A stretch of 64,000 bases of DNA, taken from positions 323,388-387,387 of the IMG/VR virus record IMGVR_UViG_3300044557_000292; one strand, written 5' to 3'. A program made the position numbers and the translations under genes. Position 1 is the stretch's first letter. Every line of letters starts with the position of its first letter. Origin of the DNA: a virus. Taxonomy: Duplodnaviria; Heunggongvirae; Uroviricota; Caudoviricetes. Below the pieces are notes generated by a model. It did not search any database, was not told where the DNA came from, and worked only from the letters and a program-made list of their open reading frames with translations. Below are positions 50,067-60,330 of the stretch, in pieces.

Positions 50067-51038
50067 TTAATCAATCCTCGGATGAATAGCGATAGCATTG
50101 CTTGCAATCGAGCTGAATGATTCCACCGAGGGGTCCTTCCCGACTCGTCTCACATGGTCGTCATCCACCATAAGCTTCACGAACTCGCGGAACTTGACCT
50201 TCGATTGAGCATACTCCTGGATAAGATCACGGTCACTGTTCTTCACGATCATCCTCATCATGATGGCAGGGGCGCCGCTGCCGTCTCCCCCATTGTCCTC
50301 AGCACGGACCTCAACCCAGCACAGTATTGGGTCATCCTGCACGTCATGCCCCCAGACAATCCTCACCATGAGCCTTGCCGACGCCCAATCCTCGAGGAGG
50401 GCGTCATGATCCCTTGACTCCACGCACGCCCACTTCACCTCGAAACTGCTACTGGTCTCCTGCCGTCTACCATCACTATCGTAGTATGACGATATCTCGT
50501 CTGACTTGAAGGCTATAGACGCATGATCGTCCATCCCAATGGTCTCAGCGAGGTCACTCAACCTGACCGCACCCATAATCGTATTCACGTTCATTCTCAT
50601 CGCCCAGACGGCGAGCAGACTGAAAACGGTGAACGCTACAGCCCCGACGGCAATCCACGAACCATCGCCCGTATCTAACCCCACAACGAAGACGCCGCCG
50701 CCCATAACCACCGCTATGATCGAATTCAATACGATACTTATCTTCTTCAACCTCATCATAGCCCTGGACATCTTGTCCGCGTCAGATGGATCAGCCTGCA
50801 CCCATTCACCACGGTACAGCGCATCATCGTCCGATCGTAGCGACGTGCTGACTGGCCTTGATTCCGTCGGCCCCTCCTCATTGCGGGAAGATGGGCTCTG
50901 GACCTCATCAGATTGATCATCATATACCACAGGATCAGGATTAGACTGAAGATGAGGATCGTCGTAGATAGATGAGCCAGTCCCATGGAGCCACATCTTA
51001 CTCCTCCACGTCGGATACGTTCTTATCGTACTTCGCAC
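50067..51038 (-). CDS. hypothetical membrane protein
   Basis: 323 aa; internal double-TM segment. Confidence 0.45.
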   Translation of the reverse strand: MRSTIRTYPTWRSKMWLHGTGSSIYDDPHLQSNPDPVVYDDQSDEVQSPSSRNEEGPTESRPVSTSLRSDDDALYRGEWVQADPSDADKMSRAMMRLKKISIVLNSIIAVVMGGGVFVVGLDTGDGSWIAVGAVAFTVFSLLAVWAMRMNVNTIMGAVRLSDLAETIGMDDHASIAFKSDEISSYYDSDGRRQETSSSFEVKWACVESRDHDALLEDWASARLMVRIVWGHDVQDDPILCWVEVRAEDNGGDGSGAPAIMMRMIVKNSDRDLIQEYAQSKVKFREFVKLMVDDDHVRRVGKDPSVESFSSIASNAIAIHPRID

Positions 51039-51831
51039 CCCTGTGATCGGGTTTTGCCAACGCGACGAGGATCCATAAGATGAAGCTCACGATCGATGAG
51101 ACCCCAGCGAGCAGGAATGCCCCCAGGGCGGCAGCGGGCTGGGAGCCGAGGAAGACCACCTGGTACATACCGTACAGGATCGATGGGACCACGATCATTG
51201 ACAAGAATACTGACGCCACAACCCACCATCCACTCATGTTAGCGTCATGAGCACGACGCGTCCTCAGCCCAAGCTCCTCAACGAACAGGGTCACCGCCAG
51301 TATGGCTAGGATCAGTCTAATGGAAAGGATCAACGGCCCAATGCCGGTCGTTATAACAAGATCATATATTGGCGTGATAACTGCCGTGATGATGACCATG
51401 GTGAGCCACCCGTACCAGTACTCACTCCTACTAGCCCTCCCCTTGAAGGTGCCATGCAGAAGATGCCTCTTCAATGAGGCGCATGCCTCCCCGAAGCCCA
51501 TGCTCGGAGCCGTCGTGACCACGATTGGACCGTCCGCGACGCCATCCACTGGAGTCCTGGGGCCCTCTGACTCTGAGAATGGGCCACGTGTTGAGACGCC
51601 ACGTGGCCTTCCACTTTGATCATGGGCAATCCCGGCTTGGGGCCGCACTGCTGGGCTTGCATTAGATACCGCTACACCAGCGGCAGGGAGACCGTCGGGC
51701 TGGCCTGGTGAGGCCGACTGGACCGGCTTACTCCCCCTCAGCCCTCGTCTCCTGCTAGTTCCATCGTCATCGGGCATTGGGAGACTGTTGTCACTGACCC
51801 CACTCATAAGGAACGGGTTAATCGTATCCAT
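50998..51831 (-). CDS. DUF805-family membrane protein with Pro/Gly-rich N-terminal extension
   Basis: FKGRASRSEYWYGWL plus 4 TM helices and PDHRGAKYD, typical of DUF805 (YhaH-like). Confidence 0.55.
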   Translation of the reverse strand: MDTINPFLMSGVSDNSLPMPDDDGTSRRRGLRGSKPVQSASPGQPDGLPAAGVAVSNASPAVRPQAGIAHDQSGRPRGVSTRGPFSESEGPRTPVDGVADGPIVVTTAPSMGFGEACASLKRHLLHGTFKGRASRSEYWYGWLTMVIITAVITPIYDLVITTGIGPLILSIRLILAILAVTLFVEELGLRTRRAHDANMSGWWVVASVFLSMIVVPSILYGMYQVVFLGSQPAAALGAFLLAGVSSIVSFILWILVALAKPDHRGAKYDKNVSDVEE

Positions 51832-51950
51832 CTTTCTGATCTTCTTCCCTTATTCATCAATCGTAGCATCTTCAACATGAAGATATCAACGAGATGAGGC
51901 TGCTTATATGACGGACGCGGACGGGCTCCCACATACTGAGGGGGATGGGA

Positions 51951-52625
51951 TCAGATCTTATCCAGGATGATCTTAGTGATCTCGCCAACGCTCTTATAGT
52001 CAGTGTTGATAACGAGATCATAATGCTCATACGAGTCAGAGGCCGTCTCGCTAGGATGGCTCCTCATCTCAGGAGTGACCTCAACATGATCGCGTTTCAT
52101 GATCCTCTCCGACTGGATTCCATCACTCACGTTAAGACGGATCGTGAGACCGTTCAGACTCCTCACCATGTCAAGCTCATTAGGGAACCTGGCGTCAGTG
52201 AGATACACGTTAAACCCATTCCTCATCTTATCCAAGATCACGGGACGTATCTTATCCACCCAGTAGTCGGGGTGAACAGCCCTGCGGACTTCCGTTCCCC
52301 ATCTCTGAAGAGCAAACCTAGTGGAATCCGTCCTCGTGCTCACGTTATCCAATCCATGATTCTTCACATCATCATACAGACGGAAGACAACCTCCTGAAT
52401 GACGATGGGATCATACTCAACGCCCACTCCCATGATCGTGTTGATGACAGCCTCATACCTCGTATCAGAGTTCTTTATGGTCTCAATGACACCGTTCACC
52501 TCGTCCCTGAGCGGTGAGGCGAACGACTCATGGAATGACCCTCCCTGAAGACGCTTCACCACTGATTCTGCCACCGTGTCTTTACCAGACCCCATGTGGC
52601 CACTGAATGCTAACAGAACACTCAT
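51951..52625 (-). CDS. deoxynucleoside monophosphate kinase (T4 gp1-like)
   Basis: N-terminal LAFSGHMGSGKDT P-loop characteristic of phage dNMP kinases. Confidence 0.65.
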   Translation of the reverse strand: MSVLLAFSGHMGSGKDTVAESVVKRLQGGSFHESFASPLRDEVNGVIETIKNSDTRYEAVINTIMGVGVEYDPIVIQEVVFRLYDDVKNHGLDNVSTRTDSTRFALQRWGTEVRRAVHPDYWVDKIRPVILDKMRNGFNVYLTDARFPNELDMVRSLNGLTIRLNVSDGIQSERIMKRDHVEVTPEMRSHPSETASDSYEHYDLVINTDYKSVGEITKIILDKI

Positions 52626-52628
52626 AGG

Positions 52629-53177
52629 TCACTCACCTTCTTTCACATCAAATCCAGTTGAACTGGATTCTTCTACTGAACTACCAGTACGCTTCATCGT
52701 CCTAAGACCCGTCCTTCCAGTATTAACCCCATCGCGACCAATTGGAATCAAAGACGGTGATGATCCAACAATAGCACCGGTGATAGTACCAGGAATGCGA
52801 TGAGCATGTCCTAATGATTCCCTCTGACTGCCGATCGGAATGACTGGCTTATGAGCGCTGGGAACGATCCTCCCCCTCCTCGCCCCAGGGGTAGCTGGTC
52901 TGGCCACCCTCGCTCCCGGTCTAATGACCCTGAGGACGGACATGAATGCTTCTTCGACATTGTCATCTATAGGATTATACTCAGACGCGAAGACGAGTCT
53001 CGCGAGTGCTAGCTCGTCTTCGGTGAACTCGACCACGGAATCTCTCACCCCACGATCATGTTGATCCATGAGAACATCGAACTCCATCATGGTCTCATCG
53101 TCGTTTCCAACAGCGTCAGAGTAGATCGCCCTGATCTCTCCTCCGGACTCGTCCATACTACCTCCCATTGTCTCCAC
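52629..53177 (-). CDS. hypothetical acidic protein
   Basis: 182-aa ORF. Confidence 0.45.
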   Translation of the reverse strand: METMGGSMDESGGEIRAIYSDAVGNDDETMMEFDVLMDQHDRGVRDSVVEFTEDELALARLVFASEYNPIDDNVEEAFMSVLRVIRPGARVARPATPGARRGRIVPSAHKPVIPIGSQRESLGHAHRIPGTITGAIVGSSPSLIPIGRDGVNTGRTGLRTMKRTGSSVEESSSTGFDVKEGE

Positions 53178-53384
53178 TCCCTAGTTACGTCGGGATGATC
53201 TGACTGCTAGCACGTCAAGACACCGTCAACGAGGTAATCTCAATGGCAGCATGCTAACAGTATCCTCTCATTAATGGTAATCTTTACCAGCGCGGAATGC
53301 AACTATCACTCAGCGTGAAGCATCTCAAGTGGAATTGGGACTGCGGCCGTGGATTAGCACTGGACAACCCTCCCAGACGCATTC

Positions 53385-53487
53385 CATGCCGCCTTAGACG
53401 CTCGGCCCGTCACGGCATGTGTTTTTTTACTCACCTGGTCCACGGGGCGTTAGAACGCATCCTCCGCGCTCCTAATGCATTGCGCCC
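53385..53487. repeat. left arm of a ~115-bp imperfect inverted repeat (partner 57897..58010)
   Basis: agacgcattccatgccgccttagacgctcggcccgtcacggcatgtgtttttttactcacc...ggcgttagaacgcatcctccgcgctcc; contains the hairpin catgccg/cggcatg followed by a T8 run. Confidence 0.65.
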
Positions 53488-53687
53488 CGGGTTCAAACCC
53501 TCGAAGATCGTGGGTGTCGCAGACCTCCGACGCCACCGTCACAGACCATCACTGGTTACCCCCTATGGCTCGACGCACCCACGGCTCGACGTATTCACAT
53601 GCCACTCGACATGCCACTCATGCCATCACCATCACTGCCCTGCGCCACCATGCCATGCGCTGCAGATCCACGCTGCTTTTGGTATCT

Positions 53688-53758
53688 CCCCCGCAGACCC
53701 TATAATCCTAGGATATGCTTCCCCGTGTTACACGGCCAGCGTTGAAATCTAGCCCTTC
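53688..53758. repeat. promoter/operator-like ~70-bp repeat, copy A
   Basis: ccccgcagaccctataatcctaggatatgcttccccgtgttacacggccagcgttgaaatctag; contains TATAAT, the CCTAGG palindrome and the GTGTWACAC palindrome. Confidence 0.6.
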
Positions 53759-53886
53759 CTGAAAAACACAATCTCCAGTGGTGAGGGCAGCATATTCCTC
53801 ACCACCAGCGACCACCGTCACCCCGGCGCAGGTCATCAACGACATCGCCAGTCACACGACGTATGCCTGGCGCCTAGTCCCCTCGG

Positions 53887-54348
53887 CTACCCATCATATC
53901 TGTTTCCCACCAGAAGATCGGCTGCCATAAGTGGGGAATCGGTGATCTCCAGATTATCCCCGTCACGATCGATCCTGAACTGGTCATATGCGCTTACACC
54001 GTCATCGGTCATCCTGAGCAGCGCGAGCCTAGTCGAAGCTGGGTCGCTAGTATCATGTTCGCGCACAAGCGCGTCGAAATTGATGAGACTTTCGGTATGG
54101 CCGGCGCTGATGGAACCGCCGTTAGCCCACAGGTAAAGAGTGTGACGGGAGACCCCAAGAGCCTTGGCCAGTTGACGCATCGTGAGTCCAGAGCGCTTCT
54201 GGACGTCATGGAGAAGATCGGCGAGAGTACTTATGGCAGATCCCCCGGGGACTGGCGCATCCACGAGACCCACGTACTCCACGTCCTCTCCCGACCGCAC
54301 GCAGTAGTGAGGGTGCCAGCCCTCGCCGTGCTTGCTCTCTCCGTCCAT
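53887..54348 (-). CDS. HTH (XRE-like) DNA-binding protein
   Basis: LTMRQLAKALGVSRHTLYLWANGG helix-turn-helix; start is ~65 nt downstream (on the minus strand) of repeat copy B. Confidence 0.55.
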   Translation of the reverse strand: MDGESKHGEGWHPHYCVRSGEDVEYVGLVDAPVPGGSAISTLADLLHDVQKRSGLTMRQLAKALGVSRHTLYLWANGGSISAGHTESLINFDALVREHDTSDPASTRLALLRMTDDGVSAYDQFRIDRDGDNLEITDSPLMAADLLVGNRYDG

Positions 54349-54410
54349 GATGATCCTCCACTCCCTCGGTCCATCCGATAACGCGGCCTGCGCTCGTGGA
54401 CCAGGGGATC

Positions 54411-54483
54411 TCCCCAGCAGACCCTGTAATTCCTAGGATATGCTTCCCCGTGTTACACGGCCAGCGTTGAAATCTAGCTCTTC
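54411..54483. repeat. promoter/operator-like repeat, copy B
   Basis: tccccagcagaccctgtaattcctaggatatgcttccccgtgttacacggccagcgttgaaatctagctcttcc. Confidence 0.6.
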
Positions 54484-54534
54484 CCCAAAAAGAGCATTAG
54501 AAAGGGCTAAAACCCTTACTGTTATGATCCACAG

Positions 54535-56055
54535 TTACTTCAACCGCGCGTTCTGGAGTCCATAAGCGCGGTTATGATTGGTGCCACGAGCACTGGGCTC
54601 GTCCATCTCGTCAAGCAGCTCACCGACATAAGTCATGTCAACAGCGTCCTCGTGGAACGCCTTCCTCTCATAGACCAGTCTGCTCATGTCAGCATGATCT
54701 AGAACATAATCTAGAGCGGACTCATCTTCAAGATCACGTGGACGAGCATCGTCATCCCCGTGAGTGATCCTGCTCTCAAGTACGTGACGGAGACGCTTCA
54801 CGCGGAGATACCTATCCGACTTCACCTTGGCCATGTACCCGTCACGGCTATAGATCACGACGCCCTCACGATCTGACCCATGAGCACGATTGATAGCATC
54901 AGCTAACTCCTCGCGATTGCTAACGACCTCAGATCTTCTAATGTCCTCATTCCTCCACCCAATTCCATTCATGATCTCATCGTCAGCATCACGATCAATG
55001 CTGAACACTGAATCGTTCCTGACGCAGTGAATGAAGAAGCATTCCGAGTGGTCGTATGGAATGATGTGCCTATCAGAATTATGGTCAATGATCTCGCACG
55101 CGATCGTCACGTCATGATCATAGATAACGTCATGCACCCTCTTGATGAGGGCGGGATCGTTACCGAGCTGGTTCCTGAACGCCTCATCGACCAGAGCAGA
55201 GTAGTCCGTCTGTCCACTCTTCGAGTAGAATCTAAGAGTCCCATCACGACGCGCGCCAATGAGTCCAAGGAACCCGTTCTGCTTCAACTCCACGGTTGCT
55301 GGATACCTGACTCTGTCAAGAACCTTCTCAAGGGTGGTCTCATCATTCTCCCCAATATTGAAGAACTTGTCGAATCCACGCATGACGACTCTTCCAGAAT
55401 GATCTAGGAATAGGCCGCGCGCCTTTGAGGAGTACTCATCCCAATCATGATTGTAGAACGCCCTGCGGGTGAAGTTGCAAGCGTAGACATCATCCTCGCC
55501 CTCGACCTTCTTCACCCTGACATTGCGATTAGCCGCCATCTTAACGAGGAGGTTGCTGTCATTCTTGAGATCATTAACCGTGAACGGTATGGTATCCTCA
55601 AGACGGGAGTACTGTCTGCGAACATACGACTCGGGAACACGATCGTCCTCTGGGCGGGTCTTATTCCTCGCTACGAGATCTTCCAGCGGAACGTCAGTCA
55701 AGTCTTCAATCCTGACGTCAGCATGAGCTCTGGTCGCCAGGTCAACGAGGCCTTTAAGATCGGGTATGGCGATGTTCTGAGCGTCAAAGATCACACTCAC
55801 TCCAGCCTTGAGCAGTCTTGACGCCAGGTCACGAGCGGAATGGACTATGACGTCTTCACCGTTCTTTCCAACACCCTCGTTCCTGGTCTTTAAGAGCTGC
55901 CATCCCTGACGAGATCCTCCCAGCATGGTCCTCATCGAGTCGTATGATACGATGACCGAGCCAGTCTTCCTGGACAACTCGCGGGCTCGCGTGGTCTTAC
56001 CGCTCCCAGGAAGACCCCTCATGATCGTGAGCGTGGTCTTTTCAAACTTCTTCAT
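54535..56055 (-). CDS. P-loop polynucleotide-kinase-like domain fused to a nucleotidyltransferase (RNA/DNA ligase-like) domain
   Basis: N-terminal IMRGLPGSGKTT...SYDSMR (Pnk-like); C-terminal VELKQNGFLGLIG resembles ligase motif I (KxDG with D replaced by N) plus downstream conserved blocks. Confidence 0.5.
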   Translation of the reverse strand: MKKFEKTTLTIMRGLPGSGKTTRARELSRKTGSVIVSYDSMRTMLGGSRQGWQLLKTRNEGVGKNGEDVIVHSARDLASRLLKAGVSVIFDAQNIAIPDLKGLVDLATRAHADVRIEDLTDVPLEDLVARNKTRPEDDRVPESYVRRQYSRLEDTIPFTVNDLKNDSNLLVKMAANRNVRVKKVEGEDDVYACNFTRRAFYNHDWDEYSSKARGLFLDHSGRVVMRGFDKFFNIGENDETTLEKVLDRVRYPATVELKQNGFLGLIGARRDGTLRFYSKSGQTDYSALVDEAFRNQLGNDPALIKRVHDVIYDHDVTIACEIIDHNSDRHIIPYDHSECFFIHCVRNDSVFSIDRDADDEIMNGIGWRNEDIRRSEVVSNREELADAINRAHGSDREGVVIYSRDGYMAKVKSDRYLRVKRLRHVLESRITHGDDDARPRDLEDESALDYVLDHADMSRLVYERKAFHEDAVDMTYVGELLDEMDEPSARGTNHNRAYGLQNARLK

Positions 56056-56134
56056 GATAAAGATCCTTCCTTCATAACAGCATTCATTTGTTTATGATAA
56101 TGACAATAACGTGACTGATTGGGCTTCATTGAGA

Positions 56135-56893
56135 TCACTTGGCGTTGTTCTCATCTTGGTTAAGAATCCTGTCAAGCTCCGCATTCAGACCCCCATACCA
56201 CTCCATCTTGCTCTTATTCCTTGAATCTTCCCTAATCGCCTCACCCTCCTCGGATTCGATGGAGGACTTGATCTTGTCAAGCTCCCTCTCCTTGTACTCA
56301 TCGACCTTACCAGCGTCAACATTGGTTGAGATAGAGCCGTCATCAGAGCGATTCACGTAATGATCGGGAAGAGTGATTCCGTCATACAGCTCTTGCAGTC
56401 GCCTAAGGCCGGGTTCGGGGTTCTTATAATCGACGTTAATGTATTCAAGATCGCTGATCATTGAATCGATGGCATCATCAAGATGCCAGGCTAGTTCAGA
56501 CTTATAATCAGAATACTCCTCGGCTGCATTCCAGTCCACGATCTCCTGGTACTGCATTCTGAGCAGCGGTAGTCTTGCAAGGTAATCGTGCGCAAGGTCA
56601 AGATCCCTCTGCGTCTTAGCCTTCTCAGCAAGAATGTCTTCACGCTCAGAGTTGATATAGGATTCAATCCAATCGTACTCATCACGGCTCTTGAGCTCGT
56701 TCAATCTAAGCTGCTTGGTCTTTATGGAATCCCGCCATTTATTACTAGTGAAGTAGCCTTCTGGTACTTGTCCGTATGGATCGTCTTCATCTCTGATACT
56801 GTAGAACACCCAGAAACTCCTCATGACCTTGTCCGCAAGCCTGCGCGCGTCGTCCCCACCCTTCACGATTCCATAGTTCAATCCAGTAGTCAT
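56135..56893 (-). CDS. hypothetical acidic protein
   Basis: 252-aa ORF. Confidence 0.45.
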   Translation of the reverse strand: MTTGLNYGIVKGGDDARRLADKVMRSFWVFYSIRDEDDPYGQVPEGYFTSNKWRDSIKTKQLRLNELKSRDEYDWIESYINSEREDILAEKAKTQRDLDLAHDYLARLPLLRMQYQEIVDWNAAEEYSDYKSELAWHLDDAIDSMISDLEYINVDYKNPEPGLRRLQELYDGITLPDHYVNRSDDGSISTNVDAGKVDEYKERELDKIKSSIESEEGEAIREDSRNKSKMEWYGGLNAELDRILNQDENNAK

Positions 56894-57017
56894 AGATCAA
56901 TCCTTTCAGCACTAAGAACAAAACCACAGGTCTATGATTCTATGATAACACAAAAAGCGCTATCAGCTCGCCAGACCATAAGATTATGCCAAATCGCATC
57001 TTTTAAGACGATTCCTG

Positions 57018-57090
57018 GGAGGGGCTAGATTTCAACGTTGGCCGTGTAACACGAGGAAGCATATCCTAGGATTATAGGGTCTGCGGGGAA
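57018..57090. repeat. promoter/operator-like repeat, copy C (inverted relative to A and B)
   Basis: ggaggggctagatttcaacgttggccgtgtaacacgaggaagcatatcctaggattatagggtctgcgggga is the reverse complement of copy A with 3 mismatches. Confidence 0.6.
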
Positions 57091-57378
57091 GACGTCATAG
57101 TGCCGTCGGTGGTCTGCAGCACGCGGCTATACCACGAGCGCAAGTGGAATGCAGCGCTCGACAACGCCAGGCCATAGTGATGGGTGGTGCTCAGAGACGA
57201 TGGTGAAGCAAGCCACAGAGGCCCCGGTGATGATGGCGATACCCAGTGGTGATCTATGATGGCTACGCCAAGTGTCTGTGGTCTGCGGGGAAGCTAATGG
57301 TCTGTGCCTACGGCATCGCCGGGCCATATCCTCACCGTTGGAGACCATGATTTTTAGAAAGGGCGTAATAGCAACGCT

Positions 57379-57430
57379 TCTAGTGTAACACAAGGAAGCA
57401 TATCCTAGGAATTACAGGGTCTGCGGGGAT
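57379..57430. repeat. promoter/operator-like repeat, copy D (partial, inverted; B-like variant)
   Basis: ttctagtgtaacacaaggaagcatatcctaggaattacagggtctgcgggga. Confidence 0.55.
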
Positions 57431-57487
57431 GGCCCGCCCTGAGGGATTGTTGCTGAGGGTAGGGATGCCCAAGCAAAGGACCAAGGA

Positions 57488-57775
57488 ATGTACACGGCAA
57501 CAAGCATCGACGGAGCAGTGTCCAACATCAGCGGGAGGATCCGGGAGCACAGAAGGAATTACGACCCGAACCAGGATCAGCTGTTTCCAGGACTGCCCGT
57601 GGAGTTCGATTGCGTCATTGATTTGGGAGACCATGGATGGATTGCCACTCCGCACTATTGGATTGAGGATGACACGGTGAGCATGGACATGACGGGTGAT
57701 GATCGACGGCCCCTATCCGAGCTGGCCGGTCTGCTCAGCGATCACATGGCGTCCGCACGGACGCAGGTGCGCTAA
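57488..57775 (+). CDS. small hypothetical protein (95 aa), plus strand, ~60 nt downstream of repeat copy D
   Basis: AAGGA motif 8 nt upstream of the ATG; sits relative to copy D as the HTH gene sits relative to copy B. Confidence 0.35.
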   Translation: MYTATSIDGAVSNISGRIREHRRNYDPNQDQLFPGLPVEFDCVIDLGDHGWIATPHYWIEDDTVSMDMTGDDRRPLSELAGLLSDHMASARTQVR

Positions 57776-57896
57776 TTCCGGCGAGTCGTCAGCGCGACTC
57801 TCATAATCTGATGGTCGCGGCCGTGATGCCATTCCTCTCATAGGGTTCCACCCATACCGCCCCCTGTACTGGTGGCGAGCACGGTCGGCATCACGA

Positions 57897-58010
57897 GGGG
57901 ACGCAATGCGCTAGGAGCGCGGAGGATGCGTTCTAACGCCCTGTGGGCCCGGTGAGTAAAAAAACACGCGCCGCGCATGGTCGAGCGTCTAAGGCATCAT
58001 GGAATGCGTC
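57897..58010. repeat. right arm of the ~115-bp imperfect inverted repeat (partner 53385..53487)
   Basis: Its reverse complement aligns with 53385..53487 at roughly 85% identity, including the T/A run and the gcgttagaacgcatcctccgcgctcc block. Confidence 0.65.
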
Positions 58011-58089
58011 TGAGGTGCATCTGTGTCATCCTTGAGCAAACAGTCAATGCAGAATCGTATTGATCGATCAGCCGTCATGCTATCGTGAA

Positions 58090-58713
58090 TCAGCGACGAT
58101 TATCGAAGACGCTCATGTATGGGATTGGAGGCTCGATGAAGGGTCTTGAAGACAACTGGACCCTATTACCGAGCTTCTCCAATAACGAGCCTATCTTGTC
58201 CCCAAGCGCTTGAGCCCTAAGACCGGCCTTCAACGTTATCTCATCACCGGAGATCGTCGCTATCTCAATCTGATCGTCAAGGAACTCCCAGACCCCGCCT
58301 CGAATAGCCTGGAGTCTTATGCTCTTGAATGGAATCATACGCAGTGCGATAAGCTTCCTCTCCATTATCTTCAAGCGAGGAGGAAGATTCAAGACCCAGT
58401 TCACATTGTTAACATGATCATCATGGATCAGCATGATCTTCGCCTTGACGATGAGAGAATCGAACTCGTGCGTCTGGTACTGCAGGCTAAAAGCTTCCAG
58501 TGAGAGCGCTATCTGTAGGATCTTGTCGTCCATCCCGTTATGATAAAGCGGGGTTAGAAGCTCGTCATAATCGTGAGCGTTGGCGATCTCGGAATTTGAT
58601 CCTAATCCAGACATGGCTGAATTGGCCACATTGTGCAATAATCTATATCTATTCAGGCTCGATCTATTATCATTATGATGCTGATCTGGAGCCCCAGCAG
58701 GGTGATCACTCAT
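58090..58713 (-). CDS. hypothetical protein
   Basis: Tracked ORF runs to 58860, but the likely start is MSDHPAG (ATG at 58713), 2 nt after the stop of the upstream 69-aa ORF. Confidence 0.45.
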   Translation of the reverse strand: MSDHPAGAPDQHHNDNRSSLNRYRLLHNVANSAMSGLGSNSEIANAHDYDELLTPLYHNGMDDKILQIALSLEAFSLQYQTHEFDSLIVKAKIMLIHDDHVNNVNWVLNLPPRLKIMERKLIALRMIPFKSIRLQAIRGGVWEFLDDQIEIATISGDEITLKAGLRAQALGDKIGSLLEKLGNRVQLSSRPFIEPPIPYMSVFDNRR

Positions 58714-58915
58714 CGTCATCACCCTCATCTGGCAGGGGGTCCTGAGCGTCGTTATCAGGTGTTCCATCGTCATTAATGCCAACCATGATGAGGGCGGGAG
58801 TGATGGGGTAAGCCTCTCGGGTTTTCCAGAACCTCTCCACGTAAGCGTTGTCAGCATCACCGTGGTATTGTGGCTTATAGTATTGATCCTTCATGTTGCT
58901 CCTTTGAAAATTCAT
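58706..58915 (-). CDS. small acidic hypothetical protein (69 aa)
   Basis: Short ORF with a DEGDDDE tail, tightly coupled to the downstream gene. Confidence 0.35.
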   Translation of the reverse strand: MNFQRSNMKDQYYKPQYHGDADNAYVERFWKTREAYPITPALIMVGINDDGTPDNDAQDPLPDEGDDDE

Positions 58916-58986
58916 TTTTCATTGACAGTTCTATTATATAACAGTAACTCCGCAACATACCGTTATAAGATGAAAATCTTTTTATC

Positions 58987-60330
58987 TCATACGATTGCCA
59001 CAACAATATTTGATATGAGGAAGAACAACCCGAACAGTATGATCGGGATGCCAAAGATAAGCTTCATGATTCTCCCCACGCTCTTATTAGCCTGCTTGTC
59101 CCATGCGTCAAGGAATATGGACAAGTTGGGCTCATGACTCTCATGACGTAGTGGACGCGCTGCCCGTAGAACATCATCAGCTGCATTAGACAAGAACTCG
59201 TGCAGCTCCTTATACTCATTCATCATGTTCTTATCATTGACTGTCGTGATGCCCGTCCTCGCGTATGATACGTAAACCTTCGACCCTATGAAGTGAACCA
59301 CACCACGGGCGTGTTCGAATCTTACAATCTCATCAAGCAGTGTTGGCGTTGCGGCCAGAAATCCTAGAGCGTCATCAGCCTCTTCCTCCGGAGTGTAAGC
59401 GTGGTTTTTCCTTGAGTTCGAGAATGCGTCAAGTTTGAGCTCCCTCGCACCTGGTATCTTCATACCATTTGATCCGAACGTGATCATAATATTCGGCACA
59501 GTATACGGCACGTTGAGCTCAGCGATGTTCACTGGCGCGCCACAGACCTCATTGATTCCTATTGGAACGTATCTTCCAGTCGTGTACCTATCATCGGGAC
59601 CGTTATCCCGGTGATGCGTGAGGATCTCTAGCTTCCTGACCTCACTTCCATCCCAACGGTACATTGGCAACGATGATCCATCCTCAGGGAGTCCACGGTC
59701 CCTATACCTGCCCTCATCAATCCTATCATTGATGTCCACGTCTCCATCCCATACCGGGATTGGTGTTCCCTCAAGAATTGCCCTCATGTACGTAGCACCA
59801 CTCTTCGCGTTATAGAAAATGTTCTTCTCGTCATTCAGCATAGATGGACGCCAGAGCGTGAGGTACTGGCGGATGTATGCATCCTCGCCCATATGGCCAT
59901 GAATCCTCCACGTCACTATGGATCTCTTCATGAGCGCGTTCTTCGGATTCACGTACATGTCCGTATCATTATCATCTGTACGCTCTGATGACTGGTAAGA
60001 GTAAGCTTTATTCTCACGAGCCCATGAGCTTATGACCTTATCCTGATCATTTATGACATTAGCAAGCTGCTCTACCGACCTCAGTGTCTCATCAACGGGG
60101 ATAATCTTGAATTCACCACGATCTAAAGCCGTATCAGATCTAGTAGCGCTATTCCTATGCTGACTATGATCTCTGACCACTTGTTCACTACTGCCCAATG
60201 CATCACTTGGAAGTGGGAGGGATCCGCGTCGCGTTGATTCATCTCCTGATGGTTGAGTGAAGAATGATTCCATCCTGTCATGATCTACTGGATCAGAGTG
60301 ATTGACCCCATGCGTTCTCCTGATGGCCAT
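58987..60330 (-). CDS. hypothetical protein with C-terminal TM anchor, co-encoded downstream of the second LemA
   Basis: 447 aa; C-terminal IMKLIFGIPIILFGLFFLISNIVVAIV. Confidence 0.45.
   Translation of the reverse strand: MAIRRTHGVNHSDPVDHDRMESFFTQPSGDESTRRGSLPLPSDALGSSEQVVRDHSQHRNSATRSDTALDRGEFKIIPVDETLRSVEQLANVINDQDKVISSWARENKAYSYQSSERTDDNDTDMYVNPKNALMKRSIVTWRIHGHMGEDAYIRQYLTLWRPSMLNDEKNIFYNAKSGATYMRAILEGTPIPVWDGDVDINDRIDEGRYRDRGLPEDGSSLPMYRWDGSEVRKLEILTHHRDNGPDDRYTTGRYVPIGINEVCGAPVNIAELNVPYTVPNIMITFGSNGMKIPGARELKLDAFSNSRKNHAYTPEEEADDALGFLAATPTLLDEIVRFEHARGVVHFIGSKVYVSYARTGITTVNDKNMMNEYKELHEFLSNAADDVLRAARPLRHESHEPNLSIFLDAWDKQANKSVGRIMKLIFGIPIILFGLFFLISNIVVAIV

Noticed and set aside
53460-53530. 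gggttcaaaccc resembling a tRNA T-arm
   Set aside because: Flanking bases do not form a T-stem or an acceptor/anticodon cloverleaf; no tRNA could be built by eye anywhere in the window
53297-53752. 151-aa plus-strand ORF (and 53475..53705)
   Set aside because: Lies in GC-rich repetitive noncoding DNA that includes the inverted-repeat arm and repeat copy A; composition-driven open frame without start context
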